Of a stretch of 64,000 nt of DNA, positions 30,828 to 41,743 are shown one piece after another (position 1 is the first letter of the stretch; each line of letters starts with the position of its first letter). Under the pieces are notes generated by a model, which worked only from the letters and a program-made list of their open reading frames with translations, searched no databases and had not been told where the DNA came from. Source of the DNA: an uncultured Azospirillaceae bacterium (GTDB taxonomy: Bacteria; Pseudomonadota; Alphaproteobacteria; Rickettsiales; UBA3002). The translations under genes and the position numbers were made by a program. The stretch lies in assembly GCA_964564675.1 (NCBI GenBank), contig CAZMBI010000006.1, forward strand, positions 30,991 to 94,990, written 5' to 3'.

Positions 30828-32105
30828 ATGACAAAGGAGGAAGCTGGGGTGGCACCCGCTTCAGGTACATCAAAACCGGCTGCGTTCTGGTTATTGGCCG
30901 TCATCAATGCCCTGCTGGCTGCCGCGTTGATCGCGCTTGTCGCATGGTTATTGCTCGCCCGTGAAGACGAGACCCTGCACGCCATTTCCACCGGGCAGCG
31001 CCTGACGATTTCCACCAAAACCGGCGAAATATCCGGCACCATGCGCTCGCTTCAGGCACAGGAAGCCGAAGAACCTGCAGAAACTCCGCCGGCCGAGTCC
31101 CCCGAGGTGGCACCAAAGACTGTTCCCGAAACGGAATCAAAAAAAAAACCGGCCTATGATATGGGCCCCCCGGAAGATGCCGCCGCACCCGTCGAGCAAC
31201 CCGCCGCTGCCACTGGCGTAGCGCCGGTCACGGTGGATACCGAATCCTTGATCGGCTCGGAGGATATGCCGGTCGATAATATCAAAGCGGTGCCGCGCTC
31301 GGATAAAAGCCTGCCCCGTCCTGCCGAGGGGCTGCTGGAAGACAGCGCCTTCGGCCCCCTGCCCAAAACCGGGCCGGAAGGCACGCCCCGGCGCTATTAT
31401 GCCCGTGGCTTTACCCTGCCCGATCCGCCGCAGCCCATTGTCGGGGTCTTACTGCTTGATGCTGGACTGAATCAGGATATCAGCCAGGATGCCATGCATG
31501 CATTACCGCCCGCGATTTCCTTGGCGCTGTCACCTTACGCCGCGCAGCTGGGCGAACAGGCGGATAATGCCCGCAATCTCGGTCATGAGCCCTGGCTGAT
31601 GCTGCCCGCCGAACCGGCGGACTATCCGGCCAGCGACCCCGGTCCCAAAGCCCTGCTCGGCGATTTGACCAACGCGGATAATATCACGCGTATGAAACAA
31701 GTGATGGCGGCGTACCCAGGTTATGTCGGCCTGGCGCTGCCGATCAATGAGCACTTTTCTGAAACCCCAAGCCAACTGGAGCCGATCGTGCGCGAGGCCG
31801 CCGAACGCGGGCTGGCCATGCTGGCCGCCGAGGCGCCAACCAATTCCCGCACGGCGGATATGCTGCGTTCAACCAACGGGATGGGCATGGCTGACGTCGT
31901 GCTTGATGCCCGGCTGAGCGAAACGGCCGTCACCGAGCAGCTTGCCGAACTGGAACGCCGCGCAGTCACCACTGGCCATGCTCTGGCGGTGGGGCGCCCC
32001 TTCCCGCTGACCGTTGAGCAATTGACGCAATGGAGCGCGAGCCTGGTGGAGAAAAACATCGTTCTCGCCCCGGCCTCGGCCATCATCGAAATCCGGCACC
32101 GCTGA
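30828..32105 (+). CDS. divergent polysaccharide deacetylase family protein
   Basis: N-terminal TM and P/E linker, then GHEPWLMLPAEP..YP..DPGP. Usual position after ctpA. Confidence 0.85.
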   Translation: MTKEEAGVAPASGTSKPAAFWLLAVINALLAAALIALVAWLLLAREDETLHAISTGQRLTISTKTGEISGTMRSLQAQEAEEPAETPPAESPEVAPKTVPETESKKKPAYDMGPPEDAAAPVEQPAAATGVAPVTVDTESLIGSEDMPVDNIKAVPRSDKSLPRPAEGLLEDSAFGPLPKTGPEGTPRRYYARGFTLPDPPQPIVGVLLLDAGLNQDISQDAMHALPPAISLALSPYAAQLGEQADNARNLGHEPWLMLPAEPADYPASDPGPKALLGDLTNADNITRMKQVMAAYPGYVGLALPINEHFSETPSQLEPIVREAAERGLAMLAAEAPTNSRTADMLRSTNGMGMADVVLDARLSETAVTEQLAELERRAVTTGHALAVGRPFPLTVEQLTQWSASLVEKNIVLAPASAIIEIRHR

Positions 32106-32590
32106 TGAGTCTGACCCGTTTGCTTCCCTACCGCCCCGGCGTGGGCATGATGCTGCTTAATAACGACAAGCAGGTGTTTGTCGCCAAACGTATCGACATG
32201 ACCTCGGAAGCCTGGCAGATGCCTCAGGGCGGCATCGACCCCGACGAAGATCCGCAAACCGCCGCCTTACGCGAGCTGGAAGAAGAAACCGGGGTGCGTG
32301 ACGTGGAGATTGTCGCGCAGTCGCACGACTGGCTGACCTATGACCTGCCGCAAGAGCTGATTCCAAAGCTCTGGGGCGGGCAGTTCCGCGGCCAGCAGCA
32401 AAAATGGTTTTTAATGCGGCTGACCGGCGGGGACGCGCAGATCAATATTCATACCGACCATGCCGAATTTTCCGAATGGCAATGGGTATCAGCAGCGCGC
32501 CTGCCGGAGTTGATCGTCCCGTTCAAACGCGAAATGTATCGCCGCCTCGTCGAGGAGTTTCGGGATTATCTGGCGATCACAGCGCCTTAG
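32105..32590 (+). CDS. rppH: RNA pyrophosphohydrolase
   Basis: [15 protein letters not shown] and Nudix box [11 protein letters not shown]. Confidence 0.95.
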   Translation: MSLTRLLPYRPGVGMMLLNNDKQVFVAKRIDMTSEAWQMPQGGIDPDEDPQTAALRELEEETGVRDVEIVAQSHDWLTYDLPQELIPKLWGGQFRGQQQKWFLMRLTGGDAQINIHTDHAEFSEWQWVSAARLPELIVPFKREMYRRLVEEFRDYLAITAP

Positions 32591-33495
32591 TCCTGATATA
32601 TCATGGTGCTGGCGCCGTGCGCGGTGAAAATTTCCACCAGCAGCACATGCGGTATGCGACCATCGAGAATGTGCGCCGCTTCGACATCGTTTTCCAGCGC
32701 CGCAATACAGGTTTCCACCTTGGGAATCATACCACCGGAAATGGTGCCATCCTTAATCAGGCCCTGCGCTTCCGTCACGGTCAACTCGCTGATTAATTCA
32801 CTATCCGGGTTTAATATCCCCGCCACGTCGGTGAGCATCAGGAGTTTTTTGGCGGCCAGCGCCTGGGCAATCACCCCGGCGGCCGTATCGGCATTGATGT
32901 TATAGGTCTCGCCCTGTTCCCCGATACCAATCGGCGCGATAACCGGAATCACATCCGAATCCAGAAAATCATCGAAGATCGAGGGATTGACTTTCACCGG
33001 TTCGCCGACAAAACCAAGATCGAGGATTTTCTCGATGTTGGAGTCGGGGTCTTTTTTGGTGCGACGCAGCTTACGCGCCTGAATCAGATTGCCGTCCTTA
33101 CCCGACAGGCCCATCGCCATGCCGCCGGCACGGTTGATTTCGCTGACAATCTGCTTGTTGATCGAGCCGGACAGCACCATTTCAACGATTTCCACGGTTT
33201 GCGCATCGGTGACGCGCAGGCCATCGATAAACTCGGACTGAATCTTAAGCCGCTCCAGCATCTGCCCGATCTGCGGTCCGCCGCCATGGACCACAACCGG
33301 ATTCACCCCGATATGTTTAAGCAGCACGATATCACGGGCGAAATGCTGGGTCAGTTTGGGGTCGCCCATGGCATGCCCGCCAAATTTGATGACGAAGGTC
33401 TCGCCGGCGAATTCGCGGATATAGGGCAGTGCCTCCGATACCGTCTTGGCGATACGTAACAGATTCTCTTTGGGTTTTTCGTGTTTGATCAGCAT
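32587..33495 (-). CDS. argB: acetylglutamate kinase
   Basis: [28 protein letters not shown] and GGMIPK. Confidence 0.97.
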   Translation of the reverse strand: MLIKHEKPKENLLRIAKTVSEALPYIREFAGETFVIKFGGHAMGDPKLTQHFARDIVLLKHIGVNPVVVHGGGPQIGQMLERLKIQSEFIDGLRVTDAQTVEIVEMVLSGSINKQIVSEINRAGGMAMGLSGKDGNLIQARKLRRTKKDPDSNIEKILDLGFVGEPVKVNPSIFDDFLDSDVIPVIAPIGIGEQGETYNINADTAAGVIAQALAAKKLLMLTDVAGILNPDSELISELTVTEAQGLIKDGTISGGMIPKVETCIAALENDVEAAHILDGRIPHVLLVEIFTAHGASTMIYQD

Positions 33496-33534
33496 GATAT
33501 TCTTTCATCCTTGCCCGTAACCGGGTGTGGAACT

Positions 33535-34146
33535 CTATAGCAATTCCGCCAAAGCGTGCTGTAATTCGCTGATACCCGAGCTTTTCACGGCACTCGTAGC
33601 CAGCACATCCGGATGCATCGCGGGATAGTCGGCGCGCTGGTTCTGCAGCGAAACAATGCGCTCCGCCAGCGCCGGCGGCTTGATTTTATCCGCTTTGGTC
33701 AGCACCAACTGGTATGAAACCGCGTGGATGTCAAGCATTTCCATCATCTCACGGTCGGTGGGTTTCAGCCCGTGGCGCGCATCCACCAGCACGCACACCC
33801 GCCGCAGGGGCGCGCGCCCGCGCAGATAGCCGCTGATAAGCGCCTGCCAGCGGGCAACCGCTTTTTTAGGCGCCCTTGCATAGCCATAGCCCGGTAAATC
33901 GACCAGCATCAGCGTATCGGACAGATTAAAGAAATTGAGCTGCTGCGTACGCCCCGGCGTATTGGAGGTGCGCGCCAGTGCTTTGCGCCCGACCAGCGCA
34001 TTGACCAGGCTTGATTTGCCGACATTGGAGCGGCCGATAAAAGCAATCTCCGGCAGTCCGGCCGGCAGCAGTTGAGCGATCTCGGCCACCCCCATCACAA
34101 AGGTGCAGGGTTTAAGAAACAGCGCATGCGGTTCAGGCGCGGGCAT
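33535..34146 (-). CDS. engB: ribosome biogenesis GTPase YihA/YsxC
   Basis: GRSNVGKSSL, SNTPGRT, DLPGYG and TKADK. Confidence 0.95.
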   Translation of the reverse strand: MPAPEPHALFLKPCTFVMGVAEIAQLLPAGLPEIAFIGRSNVGKSSLVNALVGRKALARTSNTPGRTQQLNFFNLSDTLMLVDLPGYGYARAPKKAVARWQALISGYLRGRAPLRRVCVLVDARHGLKPTDREMMEMLDIHAVSYQLVLTKADKIKPPALAERIVSLQNQRADYPAMHPDVLATSAVKSSGISELQHALAELL

Positions 34147-35869
34147 AGCGCGCTTTTTGCCGCCGCATAATCACCCATTGCTGCAGGATCGATAAGGCGT
34201 TGTTCCACGCCCAGTAAATTACCAGCCCCGCCGGGAAAGATGCAAAAATGAATAAAAAGACATACGGCAGCCATTTCATGACCATCGCCTGCGTCGGGTC
34301 GTTGGGCTTGGGATTGAGCTGCTGCTGGATGACCATGGTGATGCACATGATGATAGGCCAGGCGCCGATATGCAAAATACCGGGCGGATCCCACGGAATC
34401 AGCCCGAAGAGATTGAATATCGTGGTCGGATCGGGCGCCGACAGGTCGCTTATCCAGCCGTAAAACGGCGCGTGGCGCATTTCGATGGTGACATACAGCA
34501 CCTTATACAGCGCAAAAAAGACGGGGATCTGGAGAATCAGCGGCAGGCAGCCCGAGGCGGGATTGACCTTCTCGCGCTTATAAAGCTCCATAATCTCCTG
34601 ATTCATCTTCATCTTATCGTCTTCATAGCGCTCGCGGATCTCGGTGATCTTGGGCATCAGATCCTTCAGCTGGCTCATCGCCACATAGGATTTATTGGCC
34701 AGTGGGAAGAGCAGGATTTTAATGCAGATCGTTAGCAGCATGATGGCCAGCCCAAAATTACCCAGCAGATCCTGAAAATAGGTCAGCGCCAGAAAAATCG
34801 GCTTGGTCAGGAAATACAGCATGCCGAAATCCACTGCACGGTCGAACAGCGGGATATTAAGCTGTTCGGCATAGCGATCCAGTAACGAGACTTTCTTGGC
34901 CCCGGCAAACAGATGATTGGTGATGCTGACGGTCTCACCGGGCTGAATCGTAATCGCCTGCCCGCGATAATCCATCTGGTATTTATCTTTACCGTTGCTG
35001 ATGAAATGGTTCATGCTGGCGGTCATGCGCTGCGTTTGATCCGGAATCAAGGAGGCCAACCAGTATTTGTCGGTGATGCCCACCCAGCCTTTGACCTGCT
35101 CATGGCTCTGCTTACCGTCGTCGCGCAGCGTATCATAATCGATTTCGGTTAAGGCCTCGTCAAACACCCCGATGGGGCCTTCATGCAGGATATAAATATG
35201 CTGGCCGGTATCAGCATAGGTGCGGCTGATCAGCCCGTAAGGATACAGCGTGACTGGCTGATCGCTGCTGTTTTCAACTTCCTGCTCGACTGCGAACAGA
35301 TAATCATCCCTGGCCTGAATCCGCTGACGAAAGGTAAGCCCCTGCCCGTTATCCCAGCTGGCATGTAAGGGGCGGGTTTCGCTTAAGGTGCTCTGATCGC
35401 TTGTCCACTGGGTTTTGGCACCGGGCGTTTTTACGTCCTGACCGGCCGCCAGCCAACCGAACTCGGCGAAATAACTATCTTCCCCCCCGGCAGGTGAAAG
35501 CAGTTTGACTTCGGGGCTTGTCTCATCGGTACTTTGGTGATAACGCGCCAGCGTCAGATCATCGATGCGCAGACCGCGCAAATTGACCGAACCATGCACG
35601 GCCGACGTATTGATGTTCACCCGTCTGGACGCGGCCAACCGTTGTTTACGGCTCATCCGGGTTTGTTCGGGTTCGGGCGCAGCCTCCTGCGGCGCTTGCG
35701 GCCGCACGGCACCGTCTTCCACCCGGGTTTCCTTGAGCGCCTGCGCACGCTCCATGGCGGCCTCGCGCTTGGGCTGTTCGACAAAAACCTGCCAGCTAAA
35801 CAGAATCGCCCCGCACAGCACCAAGGCGATGACAAGATTGCGTATTTCCGGCATATTATGCGACTGCAT
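34133..35869 (-). CDS. yidC: membrane protein insertase YidC
   Basis: DFGMLYFLTKP, GNFGLAI, GCLPLILQIPVFF and YWAWNN. Confidence 0.97.
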   Translation of the reverse strand: MQSHNMPEIRNLVIALVLCGAILFSWQVFVEQPKREAAMERAQALKETRVEDGAVRPQAPQEAAPEPEQTRMSRKQRLAASRRVNINTSAVHGSVNLRGLRIDDLTLARYHQSTDETSPEVKLLSPAGGEDSYFAEFGWLAAGQDVKTPGAKTQWTSDQSTLSETRPLHASWDNGQGLTFRQRIQARDDYLFAVEQEVENSSDQPVTLYPYGLISRTYADTGQHIYILHEGPIGVFDEALTEIDYDTLRDDGKQSHEQVKGWVGITDKYWLASLIPDQTQRMTASMNHFISNGKDKYQMDYRGQAITIQPGETVSITNHLFAGAKKVSLLDRYAEQLNIPLFDRAVDFGMLYFLTKPIFLALTYFQDLLGNFGLAIMLLTICIKILLFPLANKSYVAMSQLKDLMPKITEIRERYEDDKMKMNQEIMELYKREKVNPASGCLPLILQIPVFFALYKVLYVTIEMRHAPFYGWISDLSAPDPTTIFNLFGLIPWDPPGILHIGAWPIIMCITMVIQQQLNPKPNDPTQAMVMKWLPYVFLFIFASFPAGLVIYWAWNNALSILQQWVIMRRQKARYARA

Positions 35870-35873
35870 GGGA

Positions 35874-36098
35874 CTAATCCTTAGATTCCGGCACCGGGTC
35901 AAACCCCGAACTGCCACCGGGACGGCAGGACCATACCCGCCGTATGCTCAATTTCAAGCCCCTTATGACACCATGGCCCTTAATCGCCTCCACGGCATAA
36001 TGCGAACAAGTCGGATAGTGGCGGCAGGCCACCGGCAATAGCGGTGAAATCAGCCAGCGATAGAGGTAAATCGGCAACAGCAGGAGGGCTTTCAGCAT
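35874..36098 (-). CDS. yidD: membrane protein insertion efficiency factor
   Basis: YRWLISP...[11 protein letters not shown]...GFDPVP. Confidence 0.93.
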   Translation of the reverse strand: MLKALLLLPIYLYRWLISPLLPVACRHYPTCSHYAVEAIKGHGVIRGLKLSIRRVWSCRPGGSSGFDPVPESKD

Positions 36099-36460
36099 GC
36101 GGCATGCACCTTTCTGAGGGCATAGGTGAGGTCCTGACACAGGGTTTCATAGGGCGCACGCAGGCAGGACTGGCGGGCGATCAGCACGTAATCGTGGCCG
36201 GCATGGCCCGCGACCGGCAGAATCTGCGCGGCCATGGCACGCAGCCGGCGCTTGGCGCGGTTGCGCATAACGGCATTTCCCAGCCGCCGCGTGGCGGTAA
36301 AACCGACCCGGCAGGCATCGGGCGGCACGCTCTGGCTATCATCGGCGGGACTTGGCACCATTTGTAACACCAGACTACGGGTCCGGCAGGTATGGCCGGA
36401 TTGCGCAGCCCTGATAAAATCACGGCGGTTTTTCAATCGGATAAGGCGTAGCGACGCCAT
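36092..36460 (-). CDS. rnpA: ribonuclease P protein component
   Basis: RLKNRRDF and [24 protein letters not shown]. Confidence 0.93.
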   Translation of the reverse strand: MASLRLIRLKNRRDFIRAAQSGHTCRTRSLVLQMVPSPADDSQSVPPDACRVGFTATRRLGNAVMRNRAKRRLRAMAAQILPVAGHAGHDYVLIARQSCLRAPYETLCQDLTYALRKVHAAC

Positions 36461-36467
36461 ACAAGCA

Positions 36468-36602
36468 CTAGGCGCTGAGGCGCTTTCTCCCTTTAGCGCG
36501 ACGCGAGGCGATGACCTTGCGCCCGCCCACGGTCGCCATACGCGAGCGAAACCCATGGCGGCGTTTGCGTACCAGATTGCTGGGCTGAAATGTTCGTTTC
36601 AC
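36468..36602 (-). CDS. rpmH: 50S ribosomal protein L34 (not in the ORF track)
   Basis: Hand translation from GTG gives [44 protein letters not shown]. Confidence 0.97.
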   Translation of the reverse strand: MKRTFQPSNLVRKRRHGFRSRMATVGGRKVIASRRAKGRKRLSA

Positions 36603-36642
36603 GATATCCCTCGATAATTTACACTAATTTAAGAGCTCGGGA

Positions 36643-36671
36643 GGTATAACGGGTAAGGGTTGCAAAGTCAA
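36643..36671 (-). promoter_or_regulatory. sigma70 promoter of the rpmH operon
   Basis: TTGACT-N17-TATACC on the minus strand. Confidence 0.65.
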
Positions 36672-36744
36672 GACGGCTTTGCACCAGTGCCGGGCTCTGT
36701 GCGCCACATCCGCCCGAGAACGGCAAAACACAAGGCAAAACAGG

Positions 36745-38232
36745 ATGTTTAGTTATCTGCGCTATGTCTACGGGGTAAGCTTCCTGCTGATTGTGATCGG
36801 CGCAATCAGTGTCGGCATGGTTATGCGCTCGATCATGGCGGACGGGCTGGAACTGGCCGTTATGCGCAGTAACGATTCGCTGTCGCACAGCTATATCAAT
36901 AGCGTCTGGAGCCGTTTCACCCCGCAGAATCCGGCAAGCGATAAGGGTCAGTCGATGAAACGTTTCATCGGCCAGTCGCGCCTATTTGTCAAAGACATGA
37001 CGGCCTCACGCTTTGCCGTCTATGATAAAACCGGCAAGCGCCTGTTTGTCTCGCACAGCAGCGAGCTATTTGATACCAGCGGCCAGCCCCTGCGCGTAAG
37101 CGAAGGCAACCCCGCACTGCAGGGCCAGTTAAATGGCCGGATTGTCGGCGACGCAGAATATATCGACACCGACGACAATGCCTATGACATGGCGGTGATC
37201 CAAAGCGTCTACCCCATACCCAACCCGGCTTATCGGCCGCAATCGCGCCTGTGTCTGCAGGGCGGCGCGAACCAGACCGCCTGCCAGCCGGCTGTTGGCG
37301 CGGTGGAGGTCATCACCGATATCACACCGCAATGGGAAAAGCTGGATATAATCCAGATTGTCTCCATTGTGAGCATTGTCGGGATCTTCGGCGTGCTCAT
37401 ACTCATCCTGATTTATACTACCCAGCGAGCGGAATCGATTATCGCCAAACAGCACGAGGTTAATCTGGAGCTGACCGCCGCCGCCGCCAGCGCCGAAGCC
37501 GAAAACCGAGATAAATCCCAGTTTCTGGCCAATATCAGCCACGAGTTGCGCACGCCGCTGAATGCCATTATCGGGTTTTCCGAGATCATCAAAAAAGAAG
37601 CAATCGACCAGCTGGAACCGTCTCATCAGGAGTATATCCGCGATATTCACGGCTCGGGCATTCATCTGCTCAGCCTGATTAACGATATTCTGGACTTCTC
37701 CAAGGCCGAGGCCGGCAAGCTGGAAGTGGATTTAACCGAAATCGATATCAATAAGCTGGTGATCAACAGTATGCGGCTGGTTATCCCGCGCGCCGAGAAT
37801 GCACAGGTGACCCTCATCGAGGATCTGCCGAAAGAACACGTGATCTGTATCGCCGACGGCAAGAAGCTCAAGCAGGTAATGCTCAACCTGCTGTCCAATG
37901 CCGTGAAGTTCACACCGGCCGGCGGTGATGTACGCGTATCAGCCTGGGAGCAGGTGATCGACAACCGGGTCTGTGTGCAGGTGAAAGACAGCGGCATCGG
38001 TATCGCGCCCAAAGATATCGCCAAGGTGATGATGCCCTTTGGACAGGTTGATAATAAACTGTCACGTAAATATGAGGGTACGGGGCTAGGCTTGCCGCTT
38101 TCGAAAAAATTCATTGAAATCATGGGCGGTGAATTCGTGATCGAAAGCGAAATCAACGAGGGTACCACCATCACGCTGAAACTAAAGGGAGCCACCAACA
38201 AGGCGAATATGTATGAGCTCAAGCGCAGCTAG
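36745..38232 (+). CDS. membrane sensor histidine kinase, PleC/DivJ family
   Basis: Two TMs around a periplasmic domain. H-box KSQFLANISHELRTPLNAIIGFSEII and PFGQVDN...YEGTGLGL are typical of PleC/DivJ/PdhS kinases. Confidence 0.88.
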   Translation: MFSYLRYVYGVSFLLIVIGAISVGMVMRSIMADGLELAVMRSNDSLSHSYINSVWSRFTPQNPASDKGQSMKRFIGQSRLFVKDMTASRFAVYDKTGKRLFVSHSSELFDTSGQPLRVSEGNPALQGQLNGRIVGDAEYIDTDDNAYDMAVIQSVYPIPNPAYRPQSRLCLQGGANQTACQPAVGAVEVITDITPQWEKLDIIQIVSIVSIVGIFGVLILILIYTTQRAESIIAKQHEVNLELTAAAASAEAENRDKSQFLANISHELRTPLNAIIGFSEIIKKEAIDQLEPSHQEYIRDIHGSGIHLLSLINDILDFSKAEAGKLEVDLTEIDINKLVINSMRLVIPRAENAQVTLIEDLPKEHVICIADGKKLKQVMLNLLSNAVKFTPAGGDVRVSAWEQVIDNRVCVQVKDSGIGIAPKDIAKVMMPFGQVDNKLSRKYEGTGLGLPLSKKFIEIMGGEFVIESEINEGTTITLKLKGATNKANMYELKRS

Positions 38233-38268
38233 CTTGCATACTCGCCTGTTTGGTGCTTAAACCATTGC

Positions 38269-39090
38269 ATGTCTGCTAATATGCCGGTTTCGCGTTTACA
38301 CATCCCCGATCTGGTGGCCATGAAAGGCCATGCGCCTATCGTCTGCCTCACTGCGTATGCCGCACCGATCGCACGGCTGCTTGATGCCCATATTGATTGT
38401 TTCATCGTCGGCGATTCACTGGGCATGGTGTGCTATGGCCAATCATCCACGCTGGGAGTCAGCGTGGATACGATGATTCGGCACGGCCGGACCGTGGTCG
38501 AGCATTCGCAGCGGGCCTGTGTGATGATCGATATGCCGTTTGGCAGCTATCAGGCCTCGCCCGAAGACGCCTTTCACCACGCCGCCCGCATCATCTGTGA
38601 GACCGGGGCGCAGGCTGTCAAACTGGAAGGCGGTGAGGAAATGGCCGAAACCGTCATGTTTCTGGTGCGTCGGGGCATCCCGGTGATGGCGCATATCGGG
38701 CTCAAACCGCAGCATTATCACACGATGGGCGGCTATAAATATCAGGGACGCGATGAAGCCGGACGGGCGCAGCTTTTAGCCGACGCATACGCCATGGTCG
38801 CCGCCGGGGCGTTCGGGCTGTTGCTGGAAGGGCTGGCCGAGCCGGTGGCGCGAGAAATCACCCAGTCCATGCCCGTTCCGACGATCGGTATTGGTGCGTC
38901 ACCGCAATGCGACGGTCAGGTGCTGGTCACCGATGATTTGCTGGGCCTCACCCCGTCGGCCCCGCGCTTTGCCAAGCGTTACGCTAAGCTGGATGAAACC
39001 ATCAGCCAAGCGGTGCAGCGCTATAGCGAGGATGTGCGCAACCGGCACTTTCCCGAACTTGCGCATTGTTTCGGGGTTAAAAAAAGCTGA
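38269..39090 (+). CDS. panB: 3-methyl-2-oxobutanoate hydroxymethyltransferase
   Basis: LTAY, VGDSLGM, DMPFGSY, VKLEGG, TIGIGA and DGQVLV. Confidence 0.95.
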   Translation: MSANMPVSRLHIPDLVAMKGHAPIVCLTAYAAPIARLLDAHIDCFIVGDSLGMVCYGQSSTLGVSVDTMIRHGRTVVEHSQRACVMIDMPFGSYQASPEDAFHHAARIICETGAQAVKLEGGEEMAETVMFLVRRGIPVMAHIGLKPQHYHTMGGYKYQGRDEAGRAQLLADAYAMVAAGAFGLLLEGLAEPVAREITQSMPVPTIGIGASPQCDGQVLVTDDLLGLTPSAPRFAKRYAKLDETISQAVQRYSEDVRNRHFPELAHCFGVKKS

Positions 39091-39101
39091 GTCAGTTAAC
39101 A

Positions 39102-40184
39102 CTAACCGCTTGCGCGGTTGCTTTCGGCTTCGCTGTAGGTGCGATATTCGGTTGGCGAACAGCCAGCGAGTAATTTGAAGACGCGATTGAACGACGCAAT
39201 ACTGCTAAACCCGACCTCGAAGGCGATGGCCGTCACTGGGGTGTGTTCTTCGCGCAGGCGCCTTTTTGCCTCGGCCACACGATAGCTGTTGACGAATTCA
39301 TTAAAGTTGCGGCCGTAATGCTGGTTGATAACCCGCGATAAGGTATGCTCCGCCAGGCCGAGATGCCGCGCCAGGCTCTCACGGCTGAAACCCATTTCGC
39401 GATAAAGCTGCTCGTCACGCATCGCGGCTTCAATCTGCGTAATGATGGCCGGATCAATCGGCTTGGGCGGTGTAAATTGCGGCTGTCCCATGCCGAAGGG
39501 AGAAGACTGATCAAAGATACGGAATAAGGATGTCAGCATCAGATAAACAAAGCTGATACGCACCACCGTGGCGCTCAGGTCGCGCCCGCTGCGCTCGACG
39601 ATGCCGCTGATCCAGGCCAGATCGAGCCCCATTAGGACTAAATATAACGATATGAGGGCAATAACCAGCCAGTATTTATGCCGGCGTAACACATCGCCGC
39701 CGCTGGCCAGGTGAATATGGGAGAAATAGCTGATTAAGAAGAGAAATATAATGCCCGTGGCGACCATACCATAAATGGTCTGCAGGGCCGTGGCGGAAAG
39801 GCAGTCTCCGCGTAATACGCAGTCCGGCTCGATCAGGTCCGCATGGTACATCCCGGCCAGAAACGCCGACAGCGGTACCAGCAGAATCAGCCAGTAATTG
39901 CGGCGGGGGATCTCGCCGGAGAGAAACTGAATGATCAGCAAAAAGCACAGGCCGGGCTGCAGGGCCTGTAAGGCGAGTAGTGCGATATGTATACCCGGCT
40001 GCTGTATCCCGAGCCAGTCACGCAAGGGCGGCATAAAACTGCACGCCAGGCAGATAAAATAAGCAACCGGTATGAGAATACGATGCGGGTCACGCGTAAG
40101 AAATGCCAGCAGGCCAATCACAAACAGGCAGGGCAATAACCCGGCTATCTGTAACGCATCAATGACACGTATCGAGTCTCCCAT
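39102..40184 (-). CDS. AraC-family regulator with multi-pass N-terminal membrane domain
   Basis: About 7 hydrophobic helices followed by AraC HTH (LSRVIN, FNEFVNSYRV, IAFEVGFSSIASFNRVFK...SPTEYR). Confidence 0.9.
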   Translation of the reverse strand: MGDSIRVIDALQIAGLLPCLFVIGLLAFLTRDPHRILIPVAYFICLACSFMPPLRDWLGIQQPGIHIALLALQALQPGLCFLLIIQFLSGEIPRRNYWLILLVPLSAFLAGMYHADLIEPDCVLRGDCLSATALQTIYGMVATGIIFLFLISYFSHIHLASGGDVLRRHKYWLVIALISLYLVLMGLDLAWISGIVERSGRDLSATVVRISFVYLMLTSLFRIFDQSSPFGMGQPQFTPPKPIDPAIITQIEAAMRDEQLYREMGFSRESLARHLGLAEHTLSRVINQHYGRNFNEFVNSYRVAEAKRRLREEHTPVTAIAFEVGFSSIASFNRVFKLLAGCSPTEYRTYSEAESNRASG

Positions 40185-40258
40185 GGGACCACACGCAAAT
40201 TATGAACCTATGGATAACCTAAATTAAATGACCGGGGAAGGGAACGAAAAAGCTGAAT

Positions 40259-40960
40259 TTAGGGCGTTTTACTGTTCCGCTCGTGGAGCTTCTCCAGCCG
40301 GTTCAAACGCTCCTCAATAAAATACTGCATAAACCGCAACTCGCCTTCCGACAGGTTCTCCGCGTTTTCCTGAATCTCAGTAATGATGCGGTAGGCGTCC
40401 TCCATCTCACCGCGCTGTTCATGAATAAAGGCAGGTAGCTGCTGCGCCCAGATGGGAATGTCACGCATACCCTCCAGCCGTTTCGCCGCTTCCAGCGCGA
40501 GGTCTTTATCTTCCAAGCGGTGATTCGCCAGATAAACTGCCTGCACCAGCCACCACCATTTGTCTTTGGCGTCGGTGCGGGACACATGTTCCAGCAGATA
40601 ATCGACAATATAACGCACGTCCTGCCTATTAGGGGTTTGCGCATAATAATAACTGGCCATGGTCGGCACGAAGTTTGAACGTGCATCCAGGGTATCAAGC
40701 AATCCGAACCATAAATAAAGCTTGCGATAATCGTATTTTTTCAGCGACGTGAAGCGCCCGAACGTATCGCCTGCCATCTGAATTTGTAAGCCCAGCAACC
40801 GGAAAAAAGATTGCGAGTCCCCTAATGCCAAGGCGCCAAGCGCCGACTCGCCGGGCACTTCGGGCACAATGTCCATATGCGGCAGCCTTTCCCGCGCGTG
40901 CTGCCAGAACACCACCTGCGCCGCGAGTATGCCGGCTATTGCGATCACCCATTTGATCAT
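40259..40960 (-). CDS. hypothetical membrane-anchored helical (TPR-like) protein, pilus-cluster associated
   Basis: N-terminal TM and helical body. Translationally coupled to the permease gene. Confidence 0.7.
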   Translation of the reverse strand: MIKWVIAIAGILAAQVVFWQHARERLPHMDIVPEVPGESALGALALGDSQSFFRLLGLQIQMAGDTFGRFTSLKKYDYRKLYLWFGLLDTLDARSNFVPTMASYYYAQTPNRQDVRYIVDYLLEHVSRTDAKDKWWWLVQAVYLANHRLEDKDLALEAAKRLEGMRDIPIWAQQLPAFIHEQRGEMEDAYRIITEIQENAENLSEGELRFMQYFIEERLNRLEKLHERNSKTP

Positions 40961-41724
40961 CAGAACTGACGCCGCTTGAAATCAATAATCGCCGCCATTA
41001 TCAGCAGCGGAATAAAAATGGCGGCCTGGGTGGTAAACCAAGCCCATTCAAACCACGTATCCAGTCCGTATACCAGCCAACGGGTCTGGGCAAAGAAATC
41101 CAGCCGCGGAATGAGAATCGCCACCCCGTCTACAATCCGCTGAAACACAGGTACCAGCTCGGAATCACCGGTGGCCATGGTGTTTTGTGCGGTGGCAATA
41201 AAAAAACCCATCATGCGCGACAGCGCATAAAACCCCATACTCGCCAGCACGGCACTGACCGCACTGCGCAGGGCGAATCCCGCAAACAGGGCGATAGCGA
41301 CTACCAGCCAGCTCTCCAGTAACAAGCTCAGCGCCCAAAACCAAAAGCCGGCTGACGACAATACACCCAGCATATAATGTAATAGCACCGTGGCACCCGC
41401 CAGCAGCGTAGCGACACAGGCAAACCCCAGCCAATAGGCTATCACGATGGCGGGGCGTGTGATTGGCCGTGAGAGCAGGACATCTATTTCCTTCGTATGA
41501 AACGCGGCGCGTAAATGAAAACAAACAAACACGATGAGTCCCACCATCAGCACCAGCCGGCTGCCGGCGGCACTGAGGCTGAGTGTCATTTCATGCGGTT
41601 CGACAAGCGCCGTTTGGCCCATCACATAGGCAATGCCTATGATCACTAACACGGCGGCGATCAGTGCGAAAAACAGCCGGTCCCGCGTGGCGGTCAGCAA
41701 GACATATCGAATCGTGGGTCCCAT
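40960..41724 (-). CDS. ABC-2-type permease-like membrane protein
   Basis: About 6 TMs, LLSRPITRPAIV motif and C-terminal DFKRRQF, typical of ABC-2/PilI-like permeases. Confidence 0.8.
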   Translation of the reverse strand: MGPTIRYVLLTATRDRLFFALIAAVLVIIGIAYVMGQTALVEPHEMTLSLSAAGSRLVLMVGLIVFVCFHLRAAFHTKEIDVLLSRPITRPAIVIAYWLGFACVATLLAGATVLLHYMLGVLSSAGFWFWALSLLLESWLVVAIALFAGFALRSAVSAVLASMGFYALSRMMGFFIATAQNTMATGDSELVPVFQRIVDGVAILIPRLDFFAQTRWLVYGLDTWFEWAWFTTQAAIFIPLLIMAAIIDFKRRQF

Positions 41725-41743
41725 TGCCTGGCGTCATGCCTTG